Positions 13,267 through 25,920 of a stretch of DNA of 64,000 nt are shown here, piece by piece (within the stretch, counting starts at the first letter, position 1; every line of letters starts with the position of its first letter). Source of the stretch: Octopus vulgaris (Eukaryota). The stretch lies in contig OX597823.1 in the NCBI GenBank assembly GCA_951406725.2, positions 107,880,001 through 107,944,000 of the forward strand, written 5' to 3'. Under the pieces are notes generated by a model. That model saw nothing but the letters and a program-made list of their open reading frames with translations. It ran no database searches and was not told where the DNA came from. A program made the position numbers and the translations under genes.

Positions 13267-13517
13267 TGAAATACTCGTATTGGAGCTTCCGGCGCGAGTG
13301 CCAAGCAGTACAGCGTGTCGTTTCCAAATTAAATTGCGTCATGGTGTTGTTTTTCTCGTAGACGGTGCTCAGCTGACCCTACATGTAAGTATGGCTGGCC
13401 GGTAACGTATTTTTCTGCAATGTATGGATAATTTATCTTGTTCACGCTATTTTATTAGCATTATCACGTGTTTGAGAATAATAAAATTATTTCTGTATCT
13501 CTCTCTCTCTCTCTCTC

Positions 13518-13561
<44 letters not shown>

Positions 13562-13575
13562 TATGCATATACATA

Positions 13576-13632
<57 letters not shown>

Positions 13633-16537
13633 CTGTATGTATGTATATATGTATGTATATGTGAAAATGCATAGTAAATGCACAAACGAAAAATGAAAAA
13701 CGTATACTGAGTGCAGAAACGGATGGAAAACAAAAACAGAAAGTCCTCAATTCTTCATCAGTTATCAACGAGTTAGTTTTATTCAGTTTCGCACCCTTAA
13801 CGATAAGACTGAGGTGCTTCCCATGCTGGCGGCGCCCGCGAAGGTTGCAGAGACTATCGGACGGAGAACAAACAGTTTGTAGATAACAGACAATACCGAA
13901 GCAGACACATGAAAGTGAAAAAATGTAATTCAAGACGATGGACGAAGGACAAGGGCGAAATAAATAAGAAACAAACAAAATACATCCTTTGGGCTAAAAG
14001 AACGATTGGTGGGTAACGCTTTGAGGGCAATTCTAAAGGATTAGAAAGGCAACACGTAGCCAGACGGGTATCAGAGATGACTAGAGGATTTACGGCCGGT
14101 ATCTACGTGACCGGTGTCCGGTGTAAAACAGGAGAGAAAGAAAGGCTGACCACGAGTCACGCGTCAGCAACGGGCAGAGAAGAAAGAGGGTAAGAGAGAG
14201 AGAGAGGGGGGAAGAGAGAGGGAGAGAGAAAAGGGAAGGAAGGACGAAGAGGGGAAAAAGGAGAAAGAAGGCTAGAAATAGAAGAGGGTGAGAGAGACAA
14301 AAAAGAGAAGAGAATGTATATATGTATGTATGTCTGTATAATTTAGACATATATACACTGAACATAAACGTCCGCTATGTGATTTAATAAGTATTTATTA
14401 ATTTAGGATATTTAGAGTTGTGCCATGAGATTAATTGGATAAATTTAGGGCAGAGTGAAACGCTTCTGAAAAATCACATCCAACAATGCAATGGGTAATA
14501 TCTGGGAGAAATTTTGAAAGGATATAGAATAACTAGAAGAGAAGAAAATAGTAGAAGAGAAAAAATGTCGGGAGGCGAGAGAAATGAGGTCCAGCTCGGT
14601 AGACGTAGCGTCCAAAAAAAGACGGAGGTGAGAGAATTGGCCTGTAGTCACGTGTGAGCAAACAGGTAGAAGGGAAGGGGGACAAGAGAGAAGGTGAGGG
14701 AAAGAAACAAAGGGGGTGATGAGAAGGGAGAAGGAACAAAAGATAGTAGGGAGTGGAAGAAAGACAGGGGACAGCAAAGAACGAGGGGGAGAAACGGAAA
14801 ATACAGAGGATTATAGAGGAATAGAGAGGAAAATGGAGTCGCGGAAATTATAAATAAATGTATGAGCTTTCTGTGGATAAGTCTGCGTGGCGTTCGATTA
14901 AAAAAAATTACTCAATAAGTACAGGACATCACCAACGAGTGAAAAACATGTAAGCACACAAAAGTTTAGTAAACGACAAAATGCCCCCCCAAAAAAAAAT
15001 ACAGAATAAGAACAGGACATCAAAAGCACGTAAACACATAACAAGAGACAAGAATGGGACAAAATACCAAAAGAAGTCTAACTCCTCTTCAGTTGTCAAT
15101 TGTTTATTTCTCCCTATTTCGAACTTTACACAAACATACATGTGTATATGCATATATATGTGTACACACACACATATATGTAGGAATATGCATGTATATG
15201 TAAATGTGTGTCCACACGCACGCGTCGTAACCTTGCATGTGTTTGAGTTATCACTTCCCGTTAAAACAATACCTGCGTTGAAAAGGAAATTCTAACTTAA
15301 TCGATCTGTAAAATATTGAACGATGAAATCCGCACCAAACTGAAATATAAATCCCGTGAAATCACTCCCTTATTTTTACTGCGATCCACTTATGATAAGA
15401 CCTTATTCTCGGTCCTTTTGTGTCTTACAATTGTTTACGAGATCAGTCACATCCACCATCTTTACCAAAAATTATGTTAGAGACAAACGGCAATATTTAT
15501 GCGCACCAAGGAAACTTAGATGCCATATTGACGTGGGTTAATGGCAATGACACTTTCTTCAATACCTCACAAATTCTTTGTCCCTGATATGTATTTGCCA
15601 CAATCATAAACATTTCATAATTCTGAGCACCTGATGACGTGATGTCTATAAATGCATGCTTCTCTAAGCATTCACAAATGTCACCAAACCCAAAGAAAAC
15701 CGACGGTGATGTCAATAATTTTGAAATCCCTGATTTTGAGTAAACGGGACTGCTTCTTACAACTTTGGCTTTCTAGCGACATTGACCTTAAGTATCAGCT
15801 ACAGTAGCAGTAAAAAGTATGCAACGAGAACTATAAATGAAAACAGAAAAATAATACATAGAACATTTTTTTCTCTTACCTCTGTACTGTTTCGAACCCC
15901 GACGGGAACAATAAACTAATACACACACACACACACGCAAAACAAATCTCTGCCATTTCGTTGACATACCAACTAAAGGTGTCAACGTTACTTACGAACC
16001 TAGCAAAAAGTAATTAATACCTAAGTTTCAATACATTTGAGACCAATCTAATCTGAGTCACAATTTCCTCAAAATACTTTTTAAATTTCTGAAACTAATC
16101 CGGTGTTTTAAACACTCCAGCAAAGTCATATCAAGCAATTATTTAGCACAGGGACGCACGACTAGCTCCGACAATCAGCTCCAATAAATGAAAGAGAGGT
16201 CATTGTATGATGTTACCTTAATATACAAAGTGAATGTAAGATCCGAGTTGGAACTCATAGTTTTGCACTTAGGTAGCTTTAAAAGCCAGTGTCCTAACAT
16301 GACCTTAGTCATGGTTAAAGCAAAGTAAAGAAAAGTAAACCTTCTCTCTCTTTCTCTCCCTATTTCTCTCTTTCTGTCCGTCTGTCAGTGTCTCACACTC
16401 GTACTCTTACTCTCTCTATATATTCCTCTATATCAATCTCTTTATCACGATTGTTTTCTTTCACATTTTTCTCTCAACCACGTTATTCGCTCTATCATCG
16501 CACGTATCTTTTCGCTCTTTCTCACCTCTTTCTTCCT

Positions 16538-16572
<35 letters not shown>

Positions 16573-16764
16573 TCCCTCTTTCTGTTAACTCACCATTTCT
16601 ATCAATGAATCGTCCTTAAACTTTCTCTTACTCTCTCCTCCACATTTCTTTCACTCTCTGATACTTAAAATCACTCTCTTCCAAAGAATATTCGCTCTAC
16701 GACTAAGCTGCTCCTCTCTTATAATATCTCTACGACTAAGCTACCATTCTCTTATAATGTCATG

Positions 16765-16795
<31 letters not shown>

Positions 16796-17129
16796 GTACA
16801 CTTTCTCTCACTTTCTCACTTTCTCAATATATGCTTACACCCTCACACTGAATGAAGTCCCTCTCGCCAACCTCCCACCCACTCATGACCCTCTCCCATA
16901 CCATCATGATATCCCTACCATCACAATAATTACTCCACCCTGAAACTCTACCACCACTCTCCACGACTACGTGTGTTTTACATACATACATATACATATA
17001 TATATACCAGTATGTATGTGTGTGTATAAAAGTATGTATGTATGTATAAGTGTGTGTGTATATGTATGTACATATTTAATAAGTATATATATATATATAT
17101 ATGCATGTATGTCTATACACATATATATG

Positions 17130-17165
<36 letters not shown>

Positions 17166-17532
17166 GTACTCAGGTTGTCCCTGCAAACCCCCAGAATTCC
17201 AGAGACTGGAGCTGTTGTGTGTGGGTGAGTAGTGTGGTGTTGTAGTATCATAAATGCGGTGGATGTGGTGTTGTTGTTGTTGTTGATGCTGCTGGTGGTG
17301 GTGGTGGTGGTGGTGGCGGTGGCGGCGGGGATGAAGGTTGAAGGGGAGGGGAGGGAGGAGGGTGCTCTTCCATCTTTGCATCACCTGAAAAGAATAAAAA
17401 TCTCTCAAAAGAAACTACACTTGAGTAATTTGATACATTTTTCTCTATTTTATACTTAAATAACGCTTGTGAAACTCTTCACACATCCTCCAGTCTAATG
17501 TTACTAGAGTCGTTACTATCATTTCTCTTGTC

Positions 17533-17563
<31 letters not shown>

Positions 17564-18569
17564 TATCCTCCTCATCCTCATCATCATCATCGCCTACATC
17601 CTTGTCGTCGTCCTTTCTTTGCTATTATCTCTTCTTCTATAGTCTTCCTTTTCTTTCATTTTATTTTTATATATTTTTATGTCTTATCTTAGTTTTATCT
17701 AGTTTATTATATTTACGTGTGTGTGTGTGTGTGTCTGTGTGAGTGTGCGTGTGTGTATGCGTCTGTGTGTGTGTGTGTGTGCGTGTGTGTGAGTGTGCTT
17801 GGAGGGTGGGATTGTTTGATTCCACGTGCATGTATGTATGTATGTATGTATGTATGCGTGTGCGAGTGTGTGTAAATGCGTCTTTAGATGTATGCGTATA
17901 AATGTGCTTTAAATATGTAATTTATATGTGTGTACATACATTAATATGTGTGTGCGCATATATATATGTATATATATATATATATATATATACATATACA
18001 TACATACATACATATATATTTAAAGGCACATACATAAATGCAAGGTACTTTTATGTGTATTTGTGGTTGTTTTAGATATTTTTCTTTCCTCGTGGAGAAA
18101 TATTTTTATCTATTTGTTTTACTTCTCTCATTATTTTTTGCATTATCATACCTACGTACCTATGTATAAGTATGTATATATGTATGTATGTATGTATACT
18201 TATAGCTTTAGTTTTCGTTTCGGTTAGATTCCATTTCACCGTTATCGAATGGCGCTAAATGAAGGAAGGACATTTGTGAATTTCATTTTCCCTCCACAAA
18301 TGTAATTGCATTTTCGTAGAGTTTTGTTTCATGTCTATCTTATTGAGAATATGATTTCGTAAATAATTGCTTAACTTTGAAGAAAACAGGAAAAAAAAGA
18401 TTGTAAAACAGGGGTAAAAGGGAAAAAATAAAATAAAAGAGGAAACAAAATAGAAAATCGTAAAAAAAAAAAGACTATAACAAGAATCTGATAAGATAGA
18501 ATAAAAAATACTAAAGAATTGTGACGAAAATACAGGAAGAAAAACGCAGTAAAATACATATATATAAAT

Positions 18570-18671
18570 TATATATATGTGTGTATGTGTGAGTGTGTGT
18601 GTATTTCTATATATATACATATAAATTATATTTATATATATGTATACATACACACACTCATAGACAAAAAC

Positions 18672-18720
<49 letters not shown>

Positions 18721-18929
18721 AATATATATCTACATATATATATATAAACATACATATACAGATATATACACACATATATATACATATATGCATATATATA
18801 TATACATACATACATATATACATGTGCATATATATATACATATATACATGTGCATATATATATATATACATATACACACACATATATATATACGCACAAA
18901 CATATACGTATACATATATACATACATAT

Positions 18930-18990
<61 letters not shown>

Positions 18991-19000
18991 TTTGTGTATG
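18570..19000. repeat. Degenerate (TA)n/(CATA)n microsatellite block
   Basis: Directly visible. Confidence 0.9.
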
Positions 19001-19697
19001 TGCATTTATATAAAGCATGTGTTTACGTATGTACGTATATGCGTCAGCTCAAGCGACGAGATACTTGAAAACATAACCAAGGCATATATTAAAATACATA
19101 TATAGCAATTCTATTAATTCTATGGGTACGATAGTGTTTTCACCTGTGAGATGTTCAAACTATGAAAGTACGTGATGCCTTCATCAGCGGGTCTACAAAA
19201 CATCGTATGAGAATTTCAAGAAGGTTGTAGGAAACTGCCATGTGCGGGAGTAGTCACTGCCTCAAGGCAACGAATACGCCTATTTTCCTCTTAGAAGTCT
19301 TTACACCAATACTCGAATCACTGAAATTGATATCATGATATTAATAAATGGAAATTAAAATCATTACAAAAAAAAAAAAAAAAATTAGAAGCCGTTTCAT
19401 TAATCATAGAAATAAATAATTGGTAAGTATATACAATAAAAAAAGAGTATCTGTTGGTCTGATTTATTAACGGAGGACGCAGAAAAAGCATAAAATAAAA
19501 CGAAAAGAAAAGAATAAACTTCGAAAAATATTTGCATATAATATTTCGATAGCGCAAACAAAAAATACTACAAAATCTAAGTTTGCTGTTTTCTAAAATA
19601 ATCGCATTATAAATTTTATATTTTCCCTGGACACAATCATGTTTCTGGCAGTCACTCGTTAATAAAAAATATATGGACACGCGATTCCTTCATCATA

Positions 19698-19735
19698 GGC
19701 TCAGGAGTGGATGTGTGGTAAGTAGCTTGCTTACC
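19698..19735 (+). mobile_element. tRNA-derived SINE head, 5' part (interrupted; resumes at 28116)
   Basis: GGCTCAGGAGTGGATGTGTGGTAAGTAGCTTGCTTACC matches the first 38 nt of the intact SINEs at 35075 (+) and 61157 (-). Confidence 0.9.
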
Positions 19736-19955
19736 TTTGTCGTAGACAGACGTGTTTTTTTGGCGGTGAGTCAAACGTTTTGTTCAACGTGGATAATTTT
19801 TTTCTATTGGAATTGTTGTCTATTGTTGAATATTTTCGAATTGTTAAACTTTGAAAACTTTTGAGCTTTTTCCCGGTGACGGGAGAAAGTAATTGTTGAA
19901 ATATTGAAATTATTAATATTGAACTTATTAATATTATTAATATTGAACTTATTAA

Positions 19956-20399
19956 AGCCGTTGTAGGCTTTATTGTCGTGCCGCCCCCCCCCCCCAGCGG
20001 GGTTGGCATTTGAACTGTTATCCTCATTAAGAGGGAAAAACTATTATAGGTTTCCCGTTTTGGGGGATAAACAATTTATTATTGCGAGAAAAATTAAATT
20101 TTAGCCGTTGTAGGCTCTATTGTGGCATCCGCCACTAGTGTGGGCGAGATTTGAACTGTTGTCCTCGTTGTGAGGAAAGAAAAAAAATATCATAGGTTTC
20201 CCGTTTTTGGGATTCTATATTTTATTATTGTGTGAAAAAAAAATATTTCGAACGTTGTAGGCTTTGTTTGCTACGTCTCGCCCCCCCCCCCCAGCAGGGG
20301 TGGGATTTGAACTGTTGTCCTCGTTAAGAGAAAAAAAATTAAAAAAATTATAGGTTTCCCTTTTTCTGAGATTAAATTGTGTATCATTTATTTCGAACG
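19956..20399 (+). repeat. Three approximately 147-bp tandem monomers in the element 1 5' UTR
   Basis: CGTTGTAGGCT recurs at 19959, 20106 and 20253. Each unit has TTTGAACTGTT.TCCTC and ATAGGTTTCCC. Confidence 0.9.
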
Positions 20400-20402
20400 A
20401 AA

Positions 20403-22247
20403 ATGTCGGTCGAAATAATCCAAGAAAAGAACCAGCTGCAAGAGCCAGCAAAAGAGTTCGCGGCAGTAGCCGCTGTGTCTTCAAAAAATATTACAATTGA
20501 AACGGAGAAGCTCTCCGAGCTTTTTGAGAGAACGAAAGAGGAGGATGGGGATATAAAGATCTCACCCGGATCTTTTCGGTTTGAACGGCAGTTTTTAAAA
20601 ATAATTTCCACGTAACTAAACACTTTTAAACTTCCTATACTGGTAGAATGTGTTTATAAAACATCTTTTTCTCTTGGCTTTAATGAGAAAATTCTATAGT
20701 TTGTAAGATATTTGTTGTTTTTTCTTCAATTTCTGCAATTTCAACCAATCAGTGACGTCAATTGAGGTGAAAACATTCTGTGCAGTATGAATAAGTCCCT
20801 CGTTTAAGAAACAGATTGGGTTTATTTACATTTCTGAAGAAGAAAATATATACCCTCCCCCCCACCCATAGCCCTAACCCTAACCCTAACCTTAACTAAC
20901 TCTAACCCTAAAACAGATTGAAATGCAATAGATCGATAATAGGGTCATAATTATGGGTGATAATTTCATATGACACCGCTAGAAAAACTGCCGTTCAAAC
21001 CGAAAAGATCCTCTCACCCTCCCCTAGTGTAGAAAATCTGAAGAGAAGGACACTCGTTTAAAAAACGTACTGTCCTTCATCGAATAAATTCAAGCACTTC
21101 GAAAAGTGCGAAATAGAAAAATGCCTGGCTCCTATATGGAAAGATATAAAATACATAGCGAGGGGCCGGGCATATGGAACAATAGAGGCCAGATTCAAGA
21201 CGGCCGAAAAAGCCCAAGAGCACTCAGTGATTCCTCTAAAACGAAGGAGGTGGTGCTGCTCCCAACATACATGAGAAGGAGAACAGCACGCGTCCGAATA
21301 AACGACGTACCACCAGAAATTAAAGCAAGGGAGGTGATGGCCGTCCTGTTGTATAACAGGACGGACAAAATCACCTTTTCCAAATTACATGCACTGCCCC
21401 ACAAAATTGGCAAAGGCAGAGCATCTGTGCGATTATTCAAGGAACGCAACAAGACATCGAAATGTTGCCAGAAAAAGTGCTCTTGGGGGAAGATATTGCC
21501 CTCAAGATTCAAGTAGAGGGCAAAAGGCCCAAGTGTTTCGAATATGGCAAAAAAGGCCACATTCGCGTAGAATGTGAAATATGGAAAAAAAAGAAAAGTG
21601 TGCAGACATCAGGCCCTTCAACTACAGAAAAAGACCCCAAACCCGCACACAAATTAGCCTCCACAGAAACAAATACTCCCACCCCACCATCTGTGGAACC
21701 CGCTCCCAAACAAAACACCAAAAAACTCCAGGCCATGCACACACCGGTCCCGACAGAAACAAATGCACCCACCCCCTCTGAAGTAACAACTCCTCTGGAA
21801 GACACCATGGAGGTGACCGAGGGGGAGTTCAAGACACCCAGAAAAAAAGAGAACACATGCACCGTCCCCATCCATATCCCCCACAAAGAAAAAAGAAGAA
21901 AAACAGCACCCAACAGAGAAGAAAAGGTCCCGCTCCACTGTCCCAGAAGAGAAAATAAAAAAGAACAAAGACGAAACAAAAACCTTGGTAAAGTTTGATA
22001 CCAGGGATAAATATATTACGGACATTTTAAAAACGCGCCACAAAGTGGAGCTGTGGAAGAGAGATGTGCCTGGATACCAGAAAAATTGTATAATGAAATG
22101 AAGGGTAGGCATCCGAGGACCATCACGAACATCCCGGACCTTCCGCGGTATTTCAAAGAGTTTTTGAAGGAGCAGGAGGAAAGGACTGCCTCACTTGTGG
22201 TGAGGTCAGCCCCAACATCACCAATAAAAGAAAAAGTCAAAGAGTAA
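20403..22247 (+). pseudogene. Element 1 ORF1 (gag-like, CCHC knuckle), disrupted by a MITE, stops and frameshifts
   Basis: The frame continues across the MITE (..DIKISP|SPSVENLKRRTLV*..KYIARGRAYGTIE..LLPTYMRRRTARVRI). Knuckle KCFEYGKKGHIRVEC (second C mutated), then a P/T/K-rich tail. Confidence 0.8.
20568..21011. mobile_element. MITE, 444 bp, 29-bp TIRs, 8-bp TSD TCTCACCC
   Basis: GGATCTTTTCGGTTTGAACGGCAGTTTTT ... AAAAACTGCCGTTCAAACCGAAAAGATCC. TSD at 20560-20567 and 21012-21019. Internal (CCCTAA)n tract at about 20872-20910. Confidence 0.95.
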
Positions 22248-22276
22248 GTAGAACCCTTGCCTTTCTTTTGTTTTAA

Positions 22277-25200
22277 ATGACTGCACTTAACCTTGGGTGT
22301 TTGAATGTGCGTGGTCTGAGCTCGAAGTGGAAGCAAGCTTGTTTCCTCGACGACCTCAGATCACACGATATGCATGTGATGGTTGCTACAGAGACCAAGC
22401 TGGACAGTCTACAAGCCTTCTCTCCCCTCCTCAATGACTATGAGAAAATCATGTCTCCTAGCCGGACCGGAGGGCGAGGGAGTGTAGTAGTACTGGCTCG
22501 AAAAGGTTTGGCTCTGCAGACAAGTACAGTCTATGTAGACCCAGAAGGTGGGCTGGTCGTCCTTGATGTGACATACAGCAGTAAGGCCTTCAGGTTGATC
22601 GGGATCTATGCACATTGTGCTAGAGGATTCCAAACTGATTTCTATCGGCGCCTAGAGAACTTTCTCGTGAGGTTGAAGACATTAGTGGTGTTAGGTGACT
22701 ATAACGCTATTGTTGATGCGCGCATCGATAGCGTTGGCTGGATCTATAGGAAAGTAAACTCACGTCTCGTGGATCTGCTCAAGCAGTTTCAGCTGGCAGA
22801 TCGTTACAGACTTGACCATCCGAACGCCCCAGAGTGGACCTGGATGAGTGGCGACGGAAGGTTCAAGTCCTATTTAGATAGGATAGTGATAAGAACTGGA
22901 GATAAGTCTAGTTTTAGCTGTCCACAGCTTGTCCAAGTAGCATACACTGACCATAGAATGGTTAAGTGTAGACTGGACATAGATAATACAGTTAAGAGAG
23001 GATCCGTCTACTGGGAGCTGAACAAGTCTATTTTGACTTGCGAAGCATACCGTAGCCGGATTGAGGAATTAGTACAGAGGTCGTTAACCGGCGCGGTGGT
23101 TAATAACCGATGGTGGTTCGCCCTGAAGAGAGCCATTCGTTTTGAGTCTATTAGGTTTAGCCATCAGCTAAGACTTGATAAGTCCAGAATAGAAGGGTAA
23201 CTAGTTAAGGACCTAGGGGAGGCGTTGAGGTTGGGCTCTGCATCTCACATTTTGGCAGCGAGAACGGCCTTGGACCATCACCTCAAAGTCAAGCATGAGG
23301 GGTGAAGAGTTCGGGCTAAAGTGCACGCATTGGGCCGTGAGGGAATTAGTGTAGCCGGATGGGCTCGTACGGTAGAAACCCAGCGTGGCAATGATGCCAC
23401 AAGTAAGTCTCTCGTGGATGACAATGGGAGTTCGGTCGATGGGCGGGACGAGATGTGTGAGGCGATTCACAAGCACTTTGCCGAGTTGTTTGGAAGTGGC
23501 GGAGCGCTGGATCATGGCGAGGCCCTTAGGGACTTCCTGTCTGCCGGCCAGCGTCTCTCGGCAATCACGGCCGAGGAGGTAATCGAGGTACTGGGTGAAT
23601 GCCCCGGGGAGAAGTCACCGGGTCTCGATGGTCTGCCTTATGAATTTAACAAAACTATGCCAGACTTGTTCGGGCACCTGCTGGCCAGCGTCTACGCCAA
23701 TTGGCAGCAGAATGGGAGAATTCTCAAGTTTGCAGCCGGGTGGGGTGACGTTGATCAGGAAGGACCCGAGCAAGGAAGACGAGATAGGGAACTTCAGGCC
23801 CATAACTCTGCTGAACACGAAGTTAAAGATTTTGGCCAAGGTGCTAGCGAAAAGGTTGGCGCGAGTCGTGGAAAAACTTGTCGGGGAAGCGGAAACGTGC
23901 GCTATCCCGGGCAGGATGATTAACGACAATCTCCACCTTATACGCTACTCCTTAGAGAGGGCGGGGAAGATTTCTGGCGCAGGAGGGAGGGGAGGCATTG
24001 GTACATTTAGACCAGTCTAAGGCATTCGATAGGGTCGACCATCGGTACTTGGCGGCGGTCCTCGAGAAGGCTGTCCTGGGCCCGACCTTCTGCGGTAGGA
24101 TTGCTGCGTTGTACAGCGACATTGAGTCCGTCGAAAAAGTGAACGGCTTCCTTTCAAAGCCATTCAGGATCGAACGCTCAGTGCGTCAGGGGTGCCCCTG
24201 TCCCCGCTTTTGTATATACTGGCTCTCGAGCCATTATTGCGGAAGTTGGAGGCACTAGGGGGCGCACCGTATGATCTATGGTATGGAAGAGGAGCTACGG
24301 CGTATGCGGATGACATCTCCATCATCGTGGCGGATGAGGGCCAGCTTCCAGTGGTGGAAGAGGCTATCAAAAGTTACGAGGCGGTGGTAGGAGCAAAGGT
24401 TAACAAGGACAAGTCAATTGGTTTGCAGCTCGGCACCTGGAAGGGCAAGCCGATGCCGTCCAATAACGTCGTGGGGCGTTGGACGGAAGGTCCTGTTATG
24501 CTGCTCGGAGTCTGGTTCGAGCCAGACCTCCAAATAGAGAAAAATTGGAGTGAGGTGGCCAGCAAGGTGACTGCTCTAGCCAGACCTGGTCTGGGCGGGG
24601 GTTATTCTTGCTAGGAAAGGCGGAGGTGTTACAGATGTTTATAGCATCGGTTATCACCTACCGTCTGACCGTGGTGCCTTGCCCCAATTTGTGGCTGAAC
24701 AAGTTGGAGAGAATCCTTTTCCACTTTTTGTGGAAGGGAGGAAAGTCACTCGTGAAGCGCTCTGTCTGCTGCCAGAAACCGCTAAAGGGTGGGCTAGGGA
24801 TGCCTTAGCTGAGGATGCGAAAATTCGCGTTAAGGTTGAGGCACCTCTGGCTTTACCTGGATGGAGAGCAGGTGTGGTCACCGCACGTTCGGTTCTACAT
24901 TCCGCAATTAACTTCCTTAACGGACATTGTTAATTGGATCAAGCAGAGACCTAGGCTGGGGGACTAGCAATTGGAGAGCCGCCAGGCATTTCTGCAACTC
25001 TTTTGGGTGGGCAATGCCGGCAATAGGAGTTCCACCGCGGATTTCTATAGTGGGTTAATGGAGGTTAAGTCCGAAGACGCCTTGGGGGAAACCCTGGGCT
25101 ACGATGAAAATCAGTTAACCTGTTCCGGAGAACTTTCGGGCCAGGGTATCTGGACAATTACCAGAAATCCCTGGCTTGGCAGTGCTTCTGTGCGGCGTTA

Positions 25201-25650
25201 TCTGTTCGTGACAAACTGTGAAGGCACGGAAGTGCTGTCTCGCCGACATGTCCGAGGTGCGGGCAGGACAGGGAAACCGTCTTGCACGCATTTGTGGAAT
25301 GTCCGGAATTAACGGGACTGATAGTTTTCGCAGAGCAACTGCTGTCATCGATGGGAAGAGTATAGCTATCAGCTGAATCTATCATCGAGATTGTGCTGCC
25401 TCCTGCCCTCAACAGGGAAAGGAAGGCTTGCTTTTTCTTCGTAGTAGCCATACTGAAAGAAACAGTATGGAAGACGCGTGTGAGAGGCATAGTGTCGAGT
25501 ACCTTTGTATCCGGCCAGGGGTTGGTTAACTTTTTTAGTTACCACCTCAGTAGTAAGATCAGGCTGGAGAAGAGGTACCTGTCACGAGACAGATTCATGA
25601 GAAGATGGAAGCCTGTGGCGAGGAAGTTGGGAGTGTTTGGCATCAGGTAA
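22277..25650 (+). pseudogene. Element 1 ORF2: AP endonuclease, reverse transcriptase, C-terminal zinc finger (frameshifted)
   Basis: APE motifs LNVRGL, ETK, GDYN, LDRI, TDH in an intact 307-codon frame. RT motifs KSPGLDGL, FRPITLLN, LDQSKAFDRVDH, RQGCP/LSP, YADD. C-terminal CPRCGQDRETVLHAFVEC. Confidence 0.95.
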
Positions 25651-25920
25651 GTGGAAGCCAAAAACATTAAAGAAAAAGCAAGGGGTCTATCCTGGTGGTC
25701 GGATGCCAATCTTTCAAAGAAGCCATTACAAATTTCATTTGTAATGAGCAACGCTTAACTCAAAAGTTATAAACATATTTATTAAATTATTGTATATTTT
25801 AAATTGTAAATATTTAATCGCTACAGCTAGTTCATCTTTTTATATTTGTCTGTTCTTGTTCGTCCCCTCTTTGTAATGCCTTCATGGCAAATATTTATGA
25901 AATAAAGTAGCTTTCTTCCC

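Larger units (their letters stand above)
19736..25904 (+). mobile_element. Near full-length Tx1/L1-clade non-LTR retrotransposon (element 1)
   Basis: 5' UTR with tandem monomers, ORF1 with a zinc knuckle, ORF2 with APE+RT+CCHC, 3' UTR ending AATAAA. Flanked by target copies at 19720-19735 and 25905-25920. Confidence 0.92.

Noticed and set aside
13745-13795. GAAA...CTGATGA order on the minus strand (type II hammerhead-like)
   Set aside because: Stems II and III cannot be formed.
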